Assembly (NCBI GenBank): GCA_964639755.1
Contig: CAZXHZ010000020.1
Location: 1 to 52,630, forward strand
Direction of reading: 5' to 3'
Source: an uncultured Luteolibacter sp.
GTDB lineage: Bacteria > Verrucomicrobiota > Verrucomicrobiia > Verrucomicrobiales > Akkermansiaceae
Length of the DNA: 52,630 nucleotides
The notes below the pieces were generated by a model, which had not been told where the DNA came from, did no database searches, and saw only the letters and a list, made by a program, of their open reading frames with translations. Numbering within the stretch: the first letter of the stretch is position 1; every line of letters begins with the position of its first letter. This document shows positions 28,271 to 38,175 of this stretch, piece after piece. The translations under genes were made by a program, and so were the position numbers.

Positions 28271-29221
28271 TCACTGCTCGGCCATGTGATCGAGCAGGCG
28301 TTGGTTGAACTCATCGGCCATGTTGTAGCCGAGGCGGCGGAGTTGTTGGTCGAGTGCTGCGATGGTGACCATGCGGGCGGTGTCGCGGCCGGGGGCGACG
28401 GGGATTTCCACATGTGTGACATGCTGGCCAAGGATTTCGTAAGTTTTTTGGCGCAGGCCGAGGCGATCGACTTCGTTGAGGTCGGCGTGGGGTTTGAGTG
28501 TGACGACGAGGTCGAGGCGTTTGTCCGGCCTGATCGATGCGAGGCCATAGAGGTTGGCGACATTGATGATGCCGATGCCGCGGATTTCCATGTAACCGCG
28601 CGAGAGATCTGGTGAGGTGGCGACGAGTTCGCCGCCGACGAGTTTGATGCGTACCATGTCGTCGGCCACGAGCGAGGCTCCGCGTTCGAGCAGGCCGATG
28701 GCGGTTTCCGATTTTCCCGAACCGCTTTTGCCGATGATGAGCACGCCAACACCGCGCATGTCCACCATGCAGCCATGGAGAGTGACGCTGGGAGCAAAGT
28801 CGTGTTCGAGCAGAATGGTGGCTGCGTTGAGAAAATTCATGGTCACCTGCGAGGTGCGAAAAACCGGGATCGAATGTTTGTGTGCAACGGCCATCAGTGG
28901 CTCTTCGAGGTTGGACCCGCGGGAGGTCACGATGCATGGAATGTCGCGTTCGCACATTTGCTCAAAGCGTTCGATGCGGACCTCCTCGGGGAGTTTGCGC
29001 AGGTAGGACAACTCAGAGTTGCCGAGCACCTGGACACGTTTTTTGGCGAAGTAGGAAAAGAATCCGGCGAGCGCGAGCCCGGGACGGTTCATGGCAGGCT
29101 CGCTGATCGGGCGGTCGAAGCCGATGCGCTCGCCCTGAAGTTCGAGATCCAGCGTTTTGGCGTGGCTTTCGAAAAATTTACCCGTTGAAATCGAGGAGAC
29201 TGTCTTGGGGCGTGCTGGCAT
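28271..29221 (-). CDS. hprK: HPr(Ser) kinase/phosphorylase
   Basis: NRPGLALAGF, HGCMVD, Walker A GKSGSGKSETA, LVADD, MEIRGIGII and PVAPGRD. Confidence 0.96.
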   Translation of the reverse strand: MPARPKTVSSISTGKFFESHAKTLDLELQGERIGFDRPISEPAMNRPGLALAGFFSYFAKKRVQVLGNSELSYLRKLPEEVRIERFEQMCERDIPCIVTSRGSNLEEPLMAVAHKHSIPVFRTSQVTMNFLNAATILLEHDFAPSVTLHGCMVDMRGVGVLIIGKSGSGKSETAIGLLERGASLVADDMVRIKLVGGELVATSPDLSRGYMEIRGIGIINVANLYGLASIRPDKRLDLVVTLKPHADLNEVDRLGLRQKTYEILGQHVTHVEIPVAPGRDTARMVTIAALDQQLRRLGYNMADEFNQRLLDHMAEQ

Positions 29222-29353
29222 CGCAGGGGATTCCACCACAAATCGCTCGGGGCGGCACGAAAAATCCTTATTCCGGGGCAGGGAAGATGAGATGGGAAAT
29301 CCAGCTTACAAGTGTTGCGTGCTGGGGAAAAAGTGTTACATACCCGCCGAGTC

Positions 29354-29629
29354 ATGCCAAACTACGATTACGAATGCCAAAAATGCGGGAATCGCTTCGA
29401 GGTGTTTCAAAGCATGAATGACGCCAAGCTGACCGATTGCCGCGTGGAAGGCTGCGGTGGTGAGGTGGTCCGTTTGCTTGGCACTGGTGGCGGCATCATT
29501 TTCAAGGGATCAGGTTTTTATCAGACCGATTACCGGTCATCGTCATATCAGGCTGGGGCCAAAGCTGAAGGAGGTTCCGCCAGCAAAGATGGCGGCGGCG
29601 CCTCCGGTGCGGCCAAGTCCGGCGAGTAA
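29354..29629 (+). CDS. FmdB-family zinc-ribbon protein
   Basis: MPNYDYECQKCG..FE..Q......L..C....CG, IIFKGSGFYQTDY and a low-complexity tail. Confidence 0.9.
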   Translation: MPNYDYECQKCGNRFEVFQSMNDAKLTDCRVEGCGGEVVRLLGTGGGIIFKGSGFYQTDYRSSSYQAGAKAEGGSASKDGGGASGAAKSGE

Positions 29630-29965
29630 GGGATTTTCCGCAGTCGCTGTAAGTTGCTGCCAATGGCGTTGCTTACGGCCTTTTGCGTGCTTCGCCTGCG
29701 CATTTTTCGCGTCGGCGCATGTTGCGAGTCGTGAGGTCGTGACGCACGCATCACGCAATGCGGAAGGGCTTTGACCTCGTGTGACCGAATGAAGGTTCCG
29801 CCAATGGTTGAGGGTCGTTCGTGGGCCGATGTTGGTCGGCATTCCACGAAGTCGACCAAGTGCTTGGCCACGAATCCACATGCATTTGCAAAAGCAAGCG
29901 CATGCGAAGCCGGGGGTAAGCATCAAGACCTCATGGAATGCGATTGAACCAACAATCGTTATTAC

Positions 29966-30643
29966 ATGAAAAGAAAAAGAAGAACATGCGCAGCTTTGGC
30001 TGTCATACCGATGCTCATCGTCTTGATGATGGGAAAGGTTTCGGCGGTGACATACAATCTGAGTCAAACCTATGGCATCGATAGCATTGCGCCGGCGGCA
30101 GCGACGCCATGGCTGACATTGACCACAACCACACTCAGTGGCATTGATGCGGGAAAAGTTCAAATCGAGTTTGATGCTTCCGGGCTTACGGGTGCGGAGT
30201 ATGTCGGTGAGTGGCATTTGAATGTTGATCCGGCGCTCAATCCGCAAAAATTGAGCTTCGGATCAGCTGTGAAAACTGGATCATTCAGCATGCCAACGAT
30301 CAGCTTGGCAGCCGACTCGTACAAGGCTGGTCCTGATGGCAGATTTGACATCAAGCTGGCATTTTCCACATCGGGGGCCAGAGGTGGGGTCAACCGCTTC
30401 ACGGCAGGGGACAAGCTGACCTACAAGGTAAGTTATTCGAGCGGGCCAATCACGGCCGATGCTTTTGATTTTTTCAGCAAACCTGAAGGAATTTATGGCC
30501 CTTATCACACGGCGGCGCATGTGCTGGCGACCGGTAATGGCAGTGGTAGCGCTTGGATCAACTCCGTGCCCGAGCCAGCGCCGCCGTTGCAGGCCCTGAT
30601 TGTGGGGAGCGCTCTGCTGACATTTTTCCGGCGGCGTGCATGA
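29966..30643 (+). CDS. PEP-CTERM surface protein
   Basis: N-terminal signal peptide and C-terminal VPEP + hydrophobic helix + RRRA. Confidence 0.88.
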   Translation: MKRKRRTCAALAVIPMLIVLMMGKVSAVTYNLSQTYGIDSIAPAAATPWLTLTTTTLSGIDAGKVQIEFDASGLTGAEYVGEWHLNVDPALNPQKLSFGSAVKTGSFSMPTISLAADSYKAGPDGRFDIKLAFSTSGARGGVNRFTAGDKLTYKVSYSSGPITADAFDFFSKPEGIYGPYHTAAHVLATGNGSGSAWINSVPEPAPPLQALIVGSALLTFFRRRA

Positions 30644-30691
30644 TGGAGCCTTGCCTGCTTGTTTTTTGTCATGCTCACATCCGTGTCATGT

Positions 30692-31609
30692 TCACGATCG
30701 CTTTTTCCAGTCGGCTTTACCGGTGATGGCGAGAATTGCCGGATGGGTGAAGCGGCGTTCTGCGGTGATTGCGTAAAAGCATGTTTCGACCTGGCGTGTG
30801 CGTCCAATTGAGACAAATCCGTAGCGTGAAAAAGCATCTTCCTCGACAGCCGAAGGAATGGCGACGAAGCCCAAGCCGTTCGCTGCGATGATTTTTGCCA
30901 TGGCAGCATCCTCGAATTCACCGGCAATGCGTGGCGAAACTCCTGCGTTGCGGAACCATTTTTCAAGATCACGCCTCAGCGTGCAGTTTTCGGTGGGCAA
31001 CAGCGCGGGTGCTCCGTGGAGGCTTCTTGGAAAGCGGCCTTTGAGCTTTGCGGCGAGCGCGGGTGTTGCGCAGAAGGTGACGCGGGATGAACCGAGCTGG
31101 TGGTTGAAGATGCGACCGTTGACCCCGGGAGAGGCTGGCTCGTCTGAGAGCACCACATCGATGCGGTGGGTGCCGAGCTGCGCGGCGAGATCCGCGAGCT
31201 TGCCTTCATGGCAGGTGAGACGCACCGGCGGATCATGCTCAAGCAGAGGTTGAAGGATCTTGTGGCTCATGAGTTTGGGAAATGAATCGACGATACCGAC
31301 ATTGAGGCGTAGCAGACGCGCAACAGGCGTCTGTTTGGTTGCGCGCAGAATTTCGCCGCCGAGGTTGAAGATCTCGTCGGCGTAGCCATAGACCAGCTGG
31401 CCAAATTCGGTCATTGCGAGATTGCGCCCGCTGTGGCGGAAAAGCCTCTCGCCAAGCGCCTCTTCGAGCGTTCGGATCTGCGTGCTGATCGAGGGTTGGG
31501 AGACTTTCAGAATTTCGGAGGCACGGCGCAAGCTGCCCTCCCTGGCCACGGCCCAGAAATAACGCAAATGGTGGTAGTTCAAAAATTCCGCCTCTGTTGT
31601 TTCTTTCAT
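30692..31609 (-). CDS. nhaR: LysR-family regulator, NhaR-like
   Basis: LNYHHLRYFWAVAREGS...VSQPSISTQI..LE..LG..LF, GIVDSFPK, GEFED.A..K and FYAITAERR..HP. Confidence 0.85.
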   Translation of the reverse strand: MKETTEAEFLNYHHLRYFWAVAREGSLRRASEILKVSQPSISTQIRTLEEALGERLFRHSGRNLAMTEFGQLVYGYADEIFNLGGEILRATKQTPVARLLRLNVGIVDSFPKLMSHKILQPLLEHDPPVRLTCHEGKLADLAAQLGTHRIDVVLSDEPASPGVNGRIFNHQLGSSRVTFCATPALAAKLKGRFPRSLHGAPALLPTENCTLRRDLEKWFRNAGVSPRIAGEFEDAAMAKIIAANGLGFVAIPSAVEEDAFSRYGFVSIGRTRQVETCFYAITAERRFTHPAILAITGKADWKKRS

Positions 31610-31706
31610 TTTTTGAAAGAATAAATAACATTTTTAATATTATTCAAATCAATTTGATCATGCTTGGATTCCCCCATAAGCTCACGTGGGCACGCCACTT
31701 ATCATT

Positions 31707-32639
31707 ATGACTGACAACACTTGGCTCTGGATCGGATTCAATCTCTTTGTGCTTGCCATGCTGGCGCTTGATCTTGGCGTCTTCCATCGGAAGGCGCACG
31801 TCGTGTCGATACGCGAGTCGATTATCTGGACGTTGGTTTGGATTGCGCTCGCGATGGCGTTCAACCTTGGAATCGCCCACTACATGGGCAACGCCAAGGC
31901 GTTGGAGTTTTTTACCGGCTATGTCATCGAGAAGTCGCTAAGCGTTGACAACATTTTTGTCATTGCCTTGCTGTTCAGTTATTTCTCGGTGCCATCGAAG
32001 CATCAGCATCGGGTGCTGTTTTGGGGAATCCTGGGCGCCTTGCTGATGCGGGCGGCAATGATCATGCTCGGCGCCAAGCTCATCAGCGAGTTCACATGGA
32101 TCATTTATGTGTTCGGTGCCTTCTTAATCCTTACCGGCATCAAGATGATCGTGAAGCGCGAGGAAGAGATCCACCCGGAGAGCAATCCTGTGGTAAAACT
32201 TTTCCGCCGATTTGTCCCGGTGACCAATGGCTTTCGCGAGGGGAAATTTTTCGTTCGTGAAAATGGCGTACGGATGGCGACGCCGCTTTTTGTGGTGCTT
32301 TTGCTGGTTGAGTTCACCGATCTGATTTTCGCGGTTGATTCAATACCGGCAATTTTCGCGGTCTCGACCGATCCATTCATTGTCTACACCTCTAACGTGT
32401 TTGCGATTCTCGGACTGCGCTCGCTGTATTTTGCGCTGGCGGGCATTCTCGATAAATTCCACTACCTTAAGATCGGCCTTGGCCTGGTGTTAACCTTTGT
32501 TGGCGTGAAAATGCTGCTTTCCCATACCCCTTGGAAAATCGACACGGCGGTGTCGCTTGGCGTGATTGTCGGTGTGCTTGTGACTTCGGTCTTGGCTTCC
32601 TTGGTCTGGCCGAAGAAGATCGATTCGTCCAAGGCATGA
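31707..32639 (+). CDS. TerC/Alx-family membrane protein
   Basis: LALDLG, EKSLSVDNIFV, QHRVLFWGILGA, TDLIFAVDSIPA and FIVYTSNVFAILGLRSLYF. Confidence 0.93.
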   Translation: MTDNTWLWIGFNLFVLAMLALDLGVFHRKAHVVSIRESIIWTLVWIALAMAFNLGIAHYMGNAKALEFFTGYVIEKSLSVDNIFVIALLFSYFSVPSKHQHRVLFWGILGALLMRAAMIMLGAKLISEFTWIIYVFGAFLILTGIKMIVKREEEIHPESNPVVKLFRRFVPVTNGFREGKFFVRENGVRMATPLFVVLLLVEFTDLIFAVDSIPAIFAVSTDPFIVYTSNVFAILGLRSLYFALAGILDKFHYLKIGLGLVLTFVGVKMLLSHTPWKIDTAVSLGVIVGVLVTSVLASLVWPKKIDSSKA

Positions 32640-33853
32640 TCGACCAAACCACCGACTCCCCATCCCAATCGTTGCCGCAGACTATGGCCGAGACCAATCG
32701 CCCCGTATTGGGCATCATTGGTGGGGGGCAGTTGGCGCGAATGACCGCGATGGCGGCGTTGCGGCTAGGTTATCGCAGTATTGTTTTGGAGCGCAGTGCC
32801 GATTGCCCGGCAGCCGCAACGGCTGAATGCCTGGTCGGAGATTGGAACTCGGCTGATGACCTTTTTCGTTTGGCCGAGCGCGTCGATGTGCTGACGCTTG
32901 AAAATGAATTTGTTGATGCCGGTTTGTTGGCAAGGCTCGAGGCGGCGGGTCACAAGTTGTGGCCGTCATCGCGTTCGATCGCGTTGGTCCAAGACAAGTT
33001 GGTTCAAAAGCAAACGCTGCAGAATGCCGGTATCCCTGTGCCAAGCATGCGTGAGCTTGGCGATGTGTCGCAGCTCGAAGCGGCGGTTGCGGAGCTTGGC
33101 CTGCCATTGGTGCTCAAGGCGCGGCGCAATGGTTACGATGGCAAGGGCAATGCGACGATCCGCACGCGCGAAGATATCCCGGATGCTTGGAATCAACTGC
33201 GCGGGGATCAAGGGAATCAGCTTTATGTCGAAGAGTTTTACCCATTCGAGCGTGAGCTTGCGGTGGTTATCACTCGTTCCCGTGATGGTGGCACGGTCGT
33301 CTATCCCGTTGTGGAAACCGTGCAGCGGGATCATGTTTGCAACATTGTGCGTGCGCCGGCTTTGGTTGGCGGGGATGTGGCAGCGCGGGCCGCGGAAATT
33401 GCTTTGAGATCAATCGAGGCGGTCGGGGCAGTGGGCACCTTTGCGGTGGAAATGTTTTTGAGAAATGATGGCGGAATCGTGGTCAACGAACTCGCACCGC
33501 GCGTTCACAATTCCGGTCACTATACCATCGAGGCTTGTGCATGTTCACAGTTTGAAAACCATGTGCGGGCGGTGCTGGGCTTGCCGCTTGGTGCTTCACA
33601 TATGGTCGCACCGCATGCGGTGATGGTGAACCTGCTCGGCAAGTACCAAGGTAGCGGTGTGGCGCTCGGGCTTGACCGCGCACTCGCGGTGGCCGGGGCG
33701 AATCTTCACCTTTACGGCAAAACCAGCTCTTCGGCCGGCCGCAAGATGGGCCATGTCACCGCCTTGGGGAAAACTCCCGAGGATGCCGAACGCGCGGCGC
33801 TCGACTGTGCCGATGCCATCAGTTTCCAGCCGACACCACGCAACGACGCATAA
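32636..33853 (+). CDS. purK: N5-carboxyaminoimidazole ribonucleotide synthase
   Basis: [38 protein letters not shown] and HLYGK....RKMGH. ATGA overlap with terC. Confidence 0.95.
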   Translation: MIDQTTDSPSQSLPQTMAETNRPVLGIIGGGQLARMTAMAALRLGYRSIVLERSADCPAAATAECLVGDWNSADDLFRLAERVDVLTLENEFVDAGLLARLEAAGHKLWPSSRSIALVQDKLVQKQTLQNAGIPVPSMRELGDVSQLEAAVAELGLPLVLKARRNGYDGKGNATIRTREDIPDAWNQLRGDQGNQLYVEEFYPFERELAVVITRSRDGGTVVYPVVETVQRDHVCNIVRAPALVGGDVAARAAEIALRSIEAVGAVGTFAVEMFLRNDGGIVVNELAPRVHNSGHYTIEACACSQFENHVRAVLGLPLGASHMVAPHAVMVNLLGKYQGSGVALGLDRALAVAGANLHLYGKTSSSAGRKMGHVTALGKTPEDAERAALDCADAISFQPTPRNDA

Positions 33854-33876
33854 GAAATCCAAACACGCCCTCAACC

Positions 33877-34401
33877 ATGAAAGCCAAAACCACCAAACCA
33901 TTGATAGCGATCATCATGGGCAGCGAATCCGACTGGCCCACCATGCAACCTGCCGCAGAGATTTGCGCCGAGTTCGGCGTTGATTGCGAGGTTCGCGTGG
34001 TTTCCGCGCACCGAACGCCGGTCGACATGGTCAAGTTTGCCCGCGCTGCTGAAACGAGTGGTCTGCGTGTGATCATTGCCGGGGCCGGTGGTGCCGCACA
34101 CTTGCCGGGAATGGTGGCAAGCCTCACGCCGTTGCCGGTGATCGGTGTGCCGGTCGAGAGCAAGTCGCTCAAAGGTTTGGATTCCTTACTGTCGATCGTA
34201 CAAATGCCTGCTGGCGTGCCGGTCGCGACGATGGCGATCAATGGCGGTCGCAACGCGGGATTACTGGCGTTGCGGATTCTTGGCAGCACTGATGCGAAGA
34301 TTCGCCGCAAGATGAATGATTACCAGACGCGCATCGCCGCCGATTCGCGGGCTTCGACACGCCGGCTTACCAAATCCGTTTCAAAAACCAAGAAACCCTG
34401 A
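33877..34401 (+). CDS. purE: N5-CAIR mutase
   Basis: [26 protein letters not shown] and [19 protein letters not shown]. Confidence 0.97.
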   Translation: MKAKTTKPLIAIIMGSESDWPTMQPAAEICAEFGVDCEVRVVSAHRTPVDMVKFARAAETSGLRVIIAGAGGAAHLPGMVASLTPLPVIGVPVESKSLKGLDSLLSIVQMPAGVPVATMAINGGRNAGLLALRILGSTDAKIRRKMNDYQTRIAADSRASTRRLTKSVSKTKKP

Positions 34402-34403
34402 TC

Positions 34404-35384
34404 ATGGATCTGTTTGACGCGGTAAGCGCCAACCTCCTTTCTCCTGCGGTCTTGTTTTTCATGCTCGGCCTTGTGGCTGCGGTGATGAAGAGCGACCTGC
34501 GTTTGCCTGAGCCGCTTTATGTCGGGCTCACGATTTATCTCTTGGCGGCCATTGGATTCAAGGGAGGTGTTGCCATTGCCAATGCCGGTCTTGCCAAGGT
34601 CTGGCTGCCATCGCTTGCGGCGATTGTGTTGGGGGCCTTGATTCCCTTATGGACTTATCCCTTGCTTCGGCGTGGCGGCAAGCTCGGGCGCGCCGATGCT
34701 GCGGCCATCGCGGCGCACTACGGATCGGTGAGCGCTGTAACTTTCATTGCGGCAACCAATCACCTCAAAGCGGTCAACGAGCCATTTGAAAATTATGCCA
34801 CCGCATTCCTCGCAGTGATGGAATCGCCTGCGATTTTGGTGGGCATTGTATTGGGTAAAATGAAGGAGAACAACGGCACCGAGTCGCGCGGCAAGGTGCT
34901 TCGCAAGGCGGTGCACGAGGCGCTTTTTGGCCGCAGCATTTTTCTATTGGTGGGCGCCCTCCTCGTTGGGGCGCTGTGCGGTGAGTCTGGCATGAAAAAG
35001 GTCGAGCCATTCTTTGTGGCGCCGTTCCAAGGCGTGCTTGCCCTGTTCCTGCTCGAGATGGGTGTGGTTGCCGGTAGGCGATTTGGCGACCTGAGCAAGG
35101 TTGGTCCCTTCCTGCTTGGCTTTGGTATTCTCGTGCCAATCGTCAATGGCGCCCTGGGCGTGCTGCTCGGCAAATTGTCCGGGCTTGAGACCGGTGGTGC
35201 CGCATTGCTGGGTGTGCTTGCATCGAGCGCATCGTACATTGCCGCGCCGGCCGCGATTCGCATTTCACTGCCCGAAGCAAATCCCACGCTTTACCTCACT
35301 TCCGCACTAGCGATTACCTTTCCGTTCAACATCGCTATCGGCATTCCGATTTACCTCGAAATGGCACGGGTGCTGCATTTTTGA
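34404..35384 (+). CDS. sbtA: Sodium-dependent bicarbonate transporter (SbtA/DUF897 family)
   Basis: KSDL..P, IYLL.AIGFKGG, AAHYGSVSAVTF, MESPAI, LFLLEMG, SASYIAAPAA and ITFPFNI..GIP.Y. Confidence 0.9.
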   Translation: MDLFDAVSANLLSPAVLFFMLGLVAAVMKSDLRLPEPLYVGLTIYLLAAIGFKGGVAIANAGLAKVWLPSLAAIVLGALIPLWTYPLLRRGGKLGRADAAAIAAHYGSVSAVTFIAATNHLKAVNEPFENYATAFLAVMESPAILVGIVLGKMKENNGTESRGKVLRKAVHEALFGRSIFLLVGALLVGALCGESGMKKVEPFFVAPFQGVLALFLLEMGVVAGRRFGDLSKVGPFLLGFGILVPIVNGALGVLLGKLSGLETGGAALLGVLASSASYIAAPAAIRISLPEANPTLYLTSALAITFPFNIAIGIPIYLEMARVLHF

Positions 35385-35464
35385 TTTCCTGCTACTTGTT
35401 CGCGTAAGGCAGTAATGAGGAATTGAATTTGCCATCGGAATGCTTTGCTTCATCGTGGGTCGCG

Positions 35465-37498
35465 ATGCTGGCGAAGCCAAAACTTGTGGTCGATGATCCG
35501 TGGCTTGAGCCGCACGAGGAGGCGATTCAGCGTCGCATCGCGAAGATTGTAAATGAGTTGGCGGCGATCAAAAAGGAATCCCGCTCGATGCTTGCCCATG
35601 CCAACGCTCATTTGCGTTTTGGGGTGAATGCCAATCCTGATGGTGGTTCGTGGTGGGTGCGCGAGTGGGCGCCTGCGGCACAGGCAATTTTTTTGGTGGG
35701 TGACTTCAACGGATGGGATCGTGGATCGCATCCATTGGCCATGGGGCAGGGTGGCGTTTGGGAATTGGAACTTCCGGCCGATGCGCTGGCGCACGGTCAG
35801 CGAATCAAATTGCATGTGGTCGGTGCCGATGCATCGCGGCGCGATCGCATTCCCGCCTGCGTCCGCAGGGTGGTGCAGGATCCTGCGACGAATGATTACT
35901 GCGGCGAGTTGTGGTCACCACCGGCGTATCAGTGGAAGCATCAAACGGTGACGGTCAAAACTCCGCTGATCTATGAGGCGCATGTCGGGATGGCGGGCGA
36001 GGAGCCGCGTGTGCATGGATACCGCGAATTTGCCGAAAGCGTGCTGCCGCGGATTGCGGCGTCGGGATACAACACCATACAACTGATGGCGGTGCAGGAG
36101 CATCCGTATTACGGGTCCTTCGGTTATCATGTCTCGTCATTTTTTGCGCCGTGCTCGAGATTTGGAACGCCCGATGATTTGAAATATCTCATCGACACCG
36201 CGCATGGCCTCGGCATCGCGGTATTGCTCGACATCGTCCACTCGCATGCAGTCAAAAACACGGCCGAAGGCCTGAATGATTTCGATGGGTCGGGTCACCA
36301 GTATTTTCACGCCGGAGACCGTGGAGATCACCCGTCTTGGGATTCGAAGTGCTTCGATTACGGTAGGCCGGAGGTGCGGCATTTCCTGCTTTCCAACATC
36401 CGCTACTGGCTTGAGGAGTTTCGCTTCGATGGGTTCCGCTTCGATGGCGTTACATCGATGCTCTATCACTCGCGTGGCAATCGCGCGTTCGGATCTTATG
36501 ATGATTACTTCGGCGGCGATACCGACGAGGATGCGATCCTTTACCTTCAGCTTGCAACGCAGCTCGCTCGCGAAGTGCGGCCCGATGTCTTGCTCGTTGC
36601 TGAGGACATGTCGGGCATGCCCGGGTTATGCAGGCCGATCGATGAAGGTGGCGTGGGCTTCACGCACCGGCTTGCGATGGGTGTTCCCGATTATTGGATC
36701 AAGCTGCTCAAGCACCGACGCGATGAGGACTTGGACCTTGGCGAATTGTGGGGCGTGCTTGCCAACCGAAGATCGAACGAAGCAAATATCGCGTATGCCG
36801 AGAGTCACGACCAAGCGCTCGTTGGCGACAAGACGCTGGCCTTTCGTCTGATGGATCAGGAAATGTATTGGCACATGGCACTCGATGATCCGCATCCTGT
36901 CATCGAACGCGGCATCGCACTGCACAAGATGATCCGCCTCTTCACGATGGCGATCGGTGGCGAGGGGTGGCTCAATTTCATGGGCAACGAGTTTGGTCAT
37001 CCCGAGTGGCTGGATTTCCCTCGTGAGGGGAACAACTGGTCCCATCACTACTGCCGCCGCCAGTGGTCCTTGGTCGATGATTCGTCTTTGAAATACCGCT
37101 GGCTCGCGGATTTCGACCGCGACCTCATGCGGCTGGCCATTCGCACGCAGCTACTCGAGTCCGGACCCGCGCGCTGCCTGCACATCGATCACGCGAAAAA
37201 GATCCTCGTTGCCGAAAGGGCGAACCTGATTTTCGTTTTCAACTTCTCAGTAGGCGAATCGCCATTTGGATATCCTGTGAATGTCGGCGCTGGCGATATG
37301 CGCGAGTTGATCCTTGATAGCGATATAAATGGTTTCGGCGGGCATGGCAGGCTTGATCCATCGGTTGAATTCCCTGCTGATGAGAATGGCATCATGCATG
37401 TGTACAGCCCATCACGATCAGCGCAGGTCTACGCGCCAAGGCAAGGACCTTTCTTCGAAAGTTCAGCCGCGAATGAAGAGCCTGTGATCCGCAAATGA
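35465..37498 (+). CDS. glgB: 1,4-alpha-glucan branching enzyme (GH13, eukaryote/Bacteroidetes-like subtype)
   Basis: REWAP, IYEAHVGM, EHPYYGSFGYHV, FDGFRFDGVTSMLY, AEDMSGMP, YAESHDQALVGDKT and LNFMGNEFGHPEWLDFPR. Confidence 0.93.
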   Translation: MLAKPKLVVDDPWLEPHEEAIQRRIAKIVNELAAIKKESRSMLAHANAHLRFGVNANPDGGSWWVREWAPAAQAIFLVGDFNGWDRGSHPLAMGQGGVWELELPADALAHGQRIKLHVVGADASRRDRIPACVRRVVQDPATNDYCGELWSPPAYQWKHQTVTVKTPLIYEAHVGMAGEEPRVHGYREFAESVLPRIAASGYNTIQLMAVQEHPYYGSFGYHVSSFFAPCSRFGTPDDLKYLIDTAHGLGIAVLLDIVHSHAVKNTAEGLNDFDGSGHQYFHAGDRGDHPSWDSKCFDYGRPEVRHFLLSNIRYWLEEFRFDGFRFDGVTSMLYHSRGNRAFGSYDDYFGGDTDEDAILYLQLATQLAREVRPDVLLVAEDMSGMPGLCRPIDEGGVGFTHRLAMGVPDYWIKLLKHRRDEDLDLGELWGVLANRRSNEANIAYAESHDQALVGDKTLAFRLMDQEMYWHMALDDPHPVIERGIALHKMIRLFTMAIGGEGWLNFMGNEFGHPEWLDFPREGNNWSHHYCRRQWSLVDDSSLKYRWLADFDRDLMRLAIRTQLLESGPARCLHIDHAKKILVAERANLIFVFNFSVGESPFGYPVNVGAGDMRELILDSDINGFGGHGRLDPSVEFPADENGIMHVYSPSRSAQVYAPRQGPFFESSAANEEPVIRK

Positions 37499-37590
37499 AC
37501 AAAGGGAGCGCGGGAATACTGCCCGCTTTGGCGCATTGAGAGATGATTACGGCGTTGCGGGGCCGCATCGCCCTACCGATGCGGATGCGC

Positions 37591-38001
37591 TCAGTTCATT
37601 TCCGGCAGGGGTGGTTTGCCTTCATTGAGTGCCAGCCATCCGCGAGCGATGCGATAGATCGCCCAGATGGCGAGAATGAGAAATCCGATGACCCATGTGG
37701 CGAAGCCGACGAGTACGATCATGAGAACAATCGAGACCATTCCGACGAAGCAGGCCCATAGCAGCGAGTACCAAAAGGTCTGGATCTGCCACTTGAAGTG
37801 CGGCTCGAGCCATGTGCCTCGCGCTTCAGAGCGTTTCACATAGTTGATGATGACAGCAACGATCGACGGCCAACCGAAGAGAAAGCTGCCGATCACCGTC
37901 GCGGCACCAAAGGCGCCAAGCACGAGGCTCACCGCATGCAACGCATAAACCAAGTGGGTGGCCTGCACGAGGCCTTGCGAGGGAATGCGGGTTTCGTTCA
38001 T
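37591..38001 (-). CDS. Small membrane protein (DUF4870-like)
   Basis: Three or four TM helices with IINYVKR...TWLE.HF.WQI.TFW and W.IYRIARGW. Confidence 0.8.
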   Translation of the reverse strand: MNETRIPSQGLVQATHLVYALHAVSLVLGAFGAATVIGSFLFGWPSIVAVIINYVKRSEARGTWLEPHFKWQIQTFWYSLLWACFVGMVSIVLMIVLVGFATWVIGFLILAIWAIYRIARGWLALNEGKPPLPEMN

Positions 38002-38175
38002 TGAGATGTATCCGTATCATGCTTTGTCACGATTTTATTTCAAGCTAATCTGCCGGATGCTGCCATGGGACGATCGAACCGGGTATGGATAACTTGATCG
38101 CGAACGGCAGTCCGCAGATGGAAGTTTGACAAGGCAGCGGCAATGGTTCCTGATGAATTCATGGTGCGAATCAGC

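Noticed and set aside
29543-30247. Minus-strand 234-aa ORF across the structured intergenic region
   Set aside because: It overlaps both fmdB and the PEP-CTERM gene in antisense and has no protein-like features.
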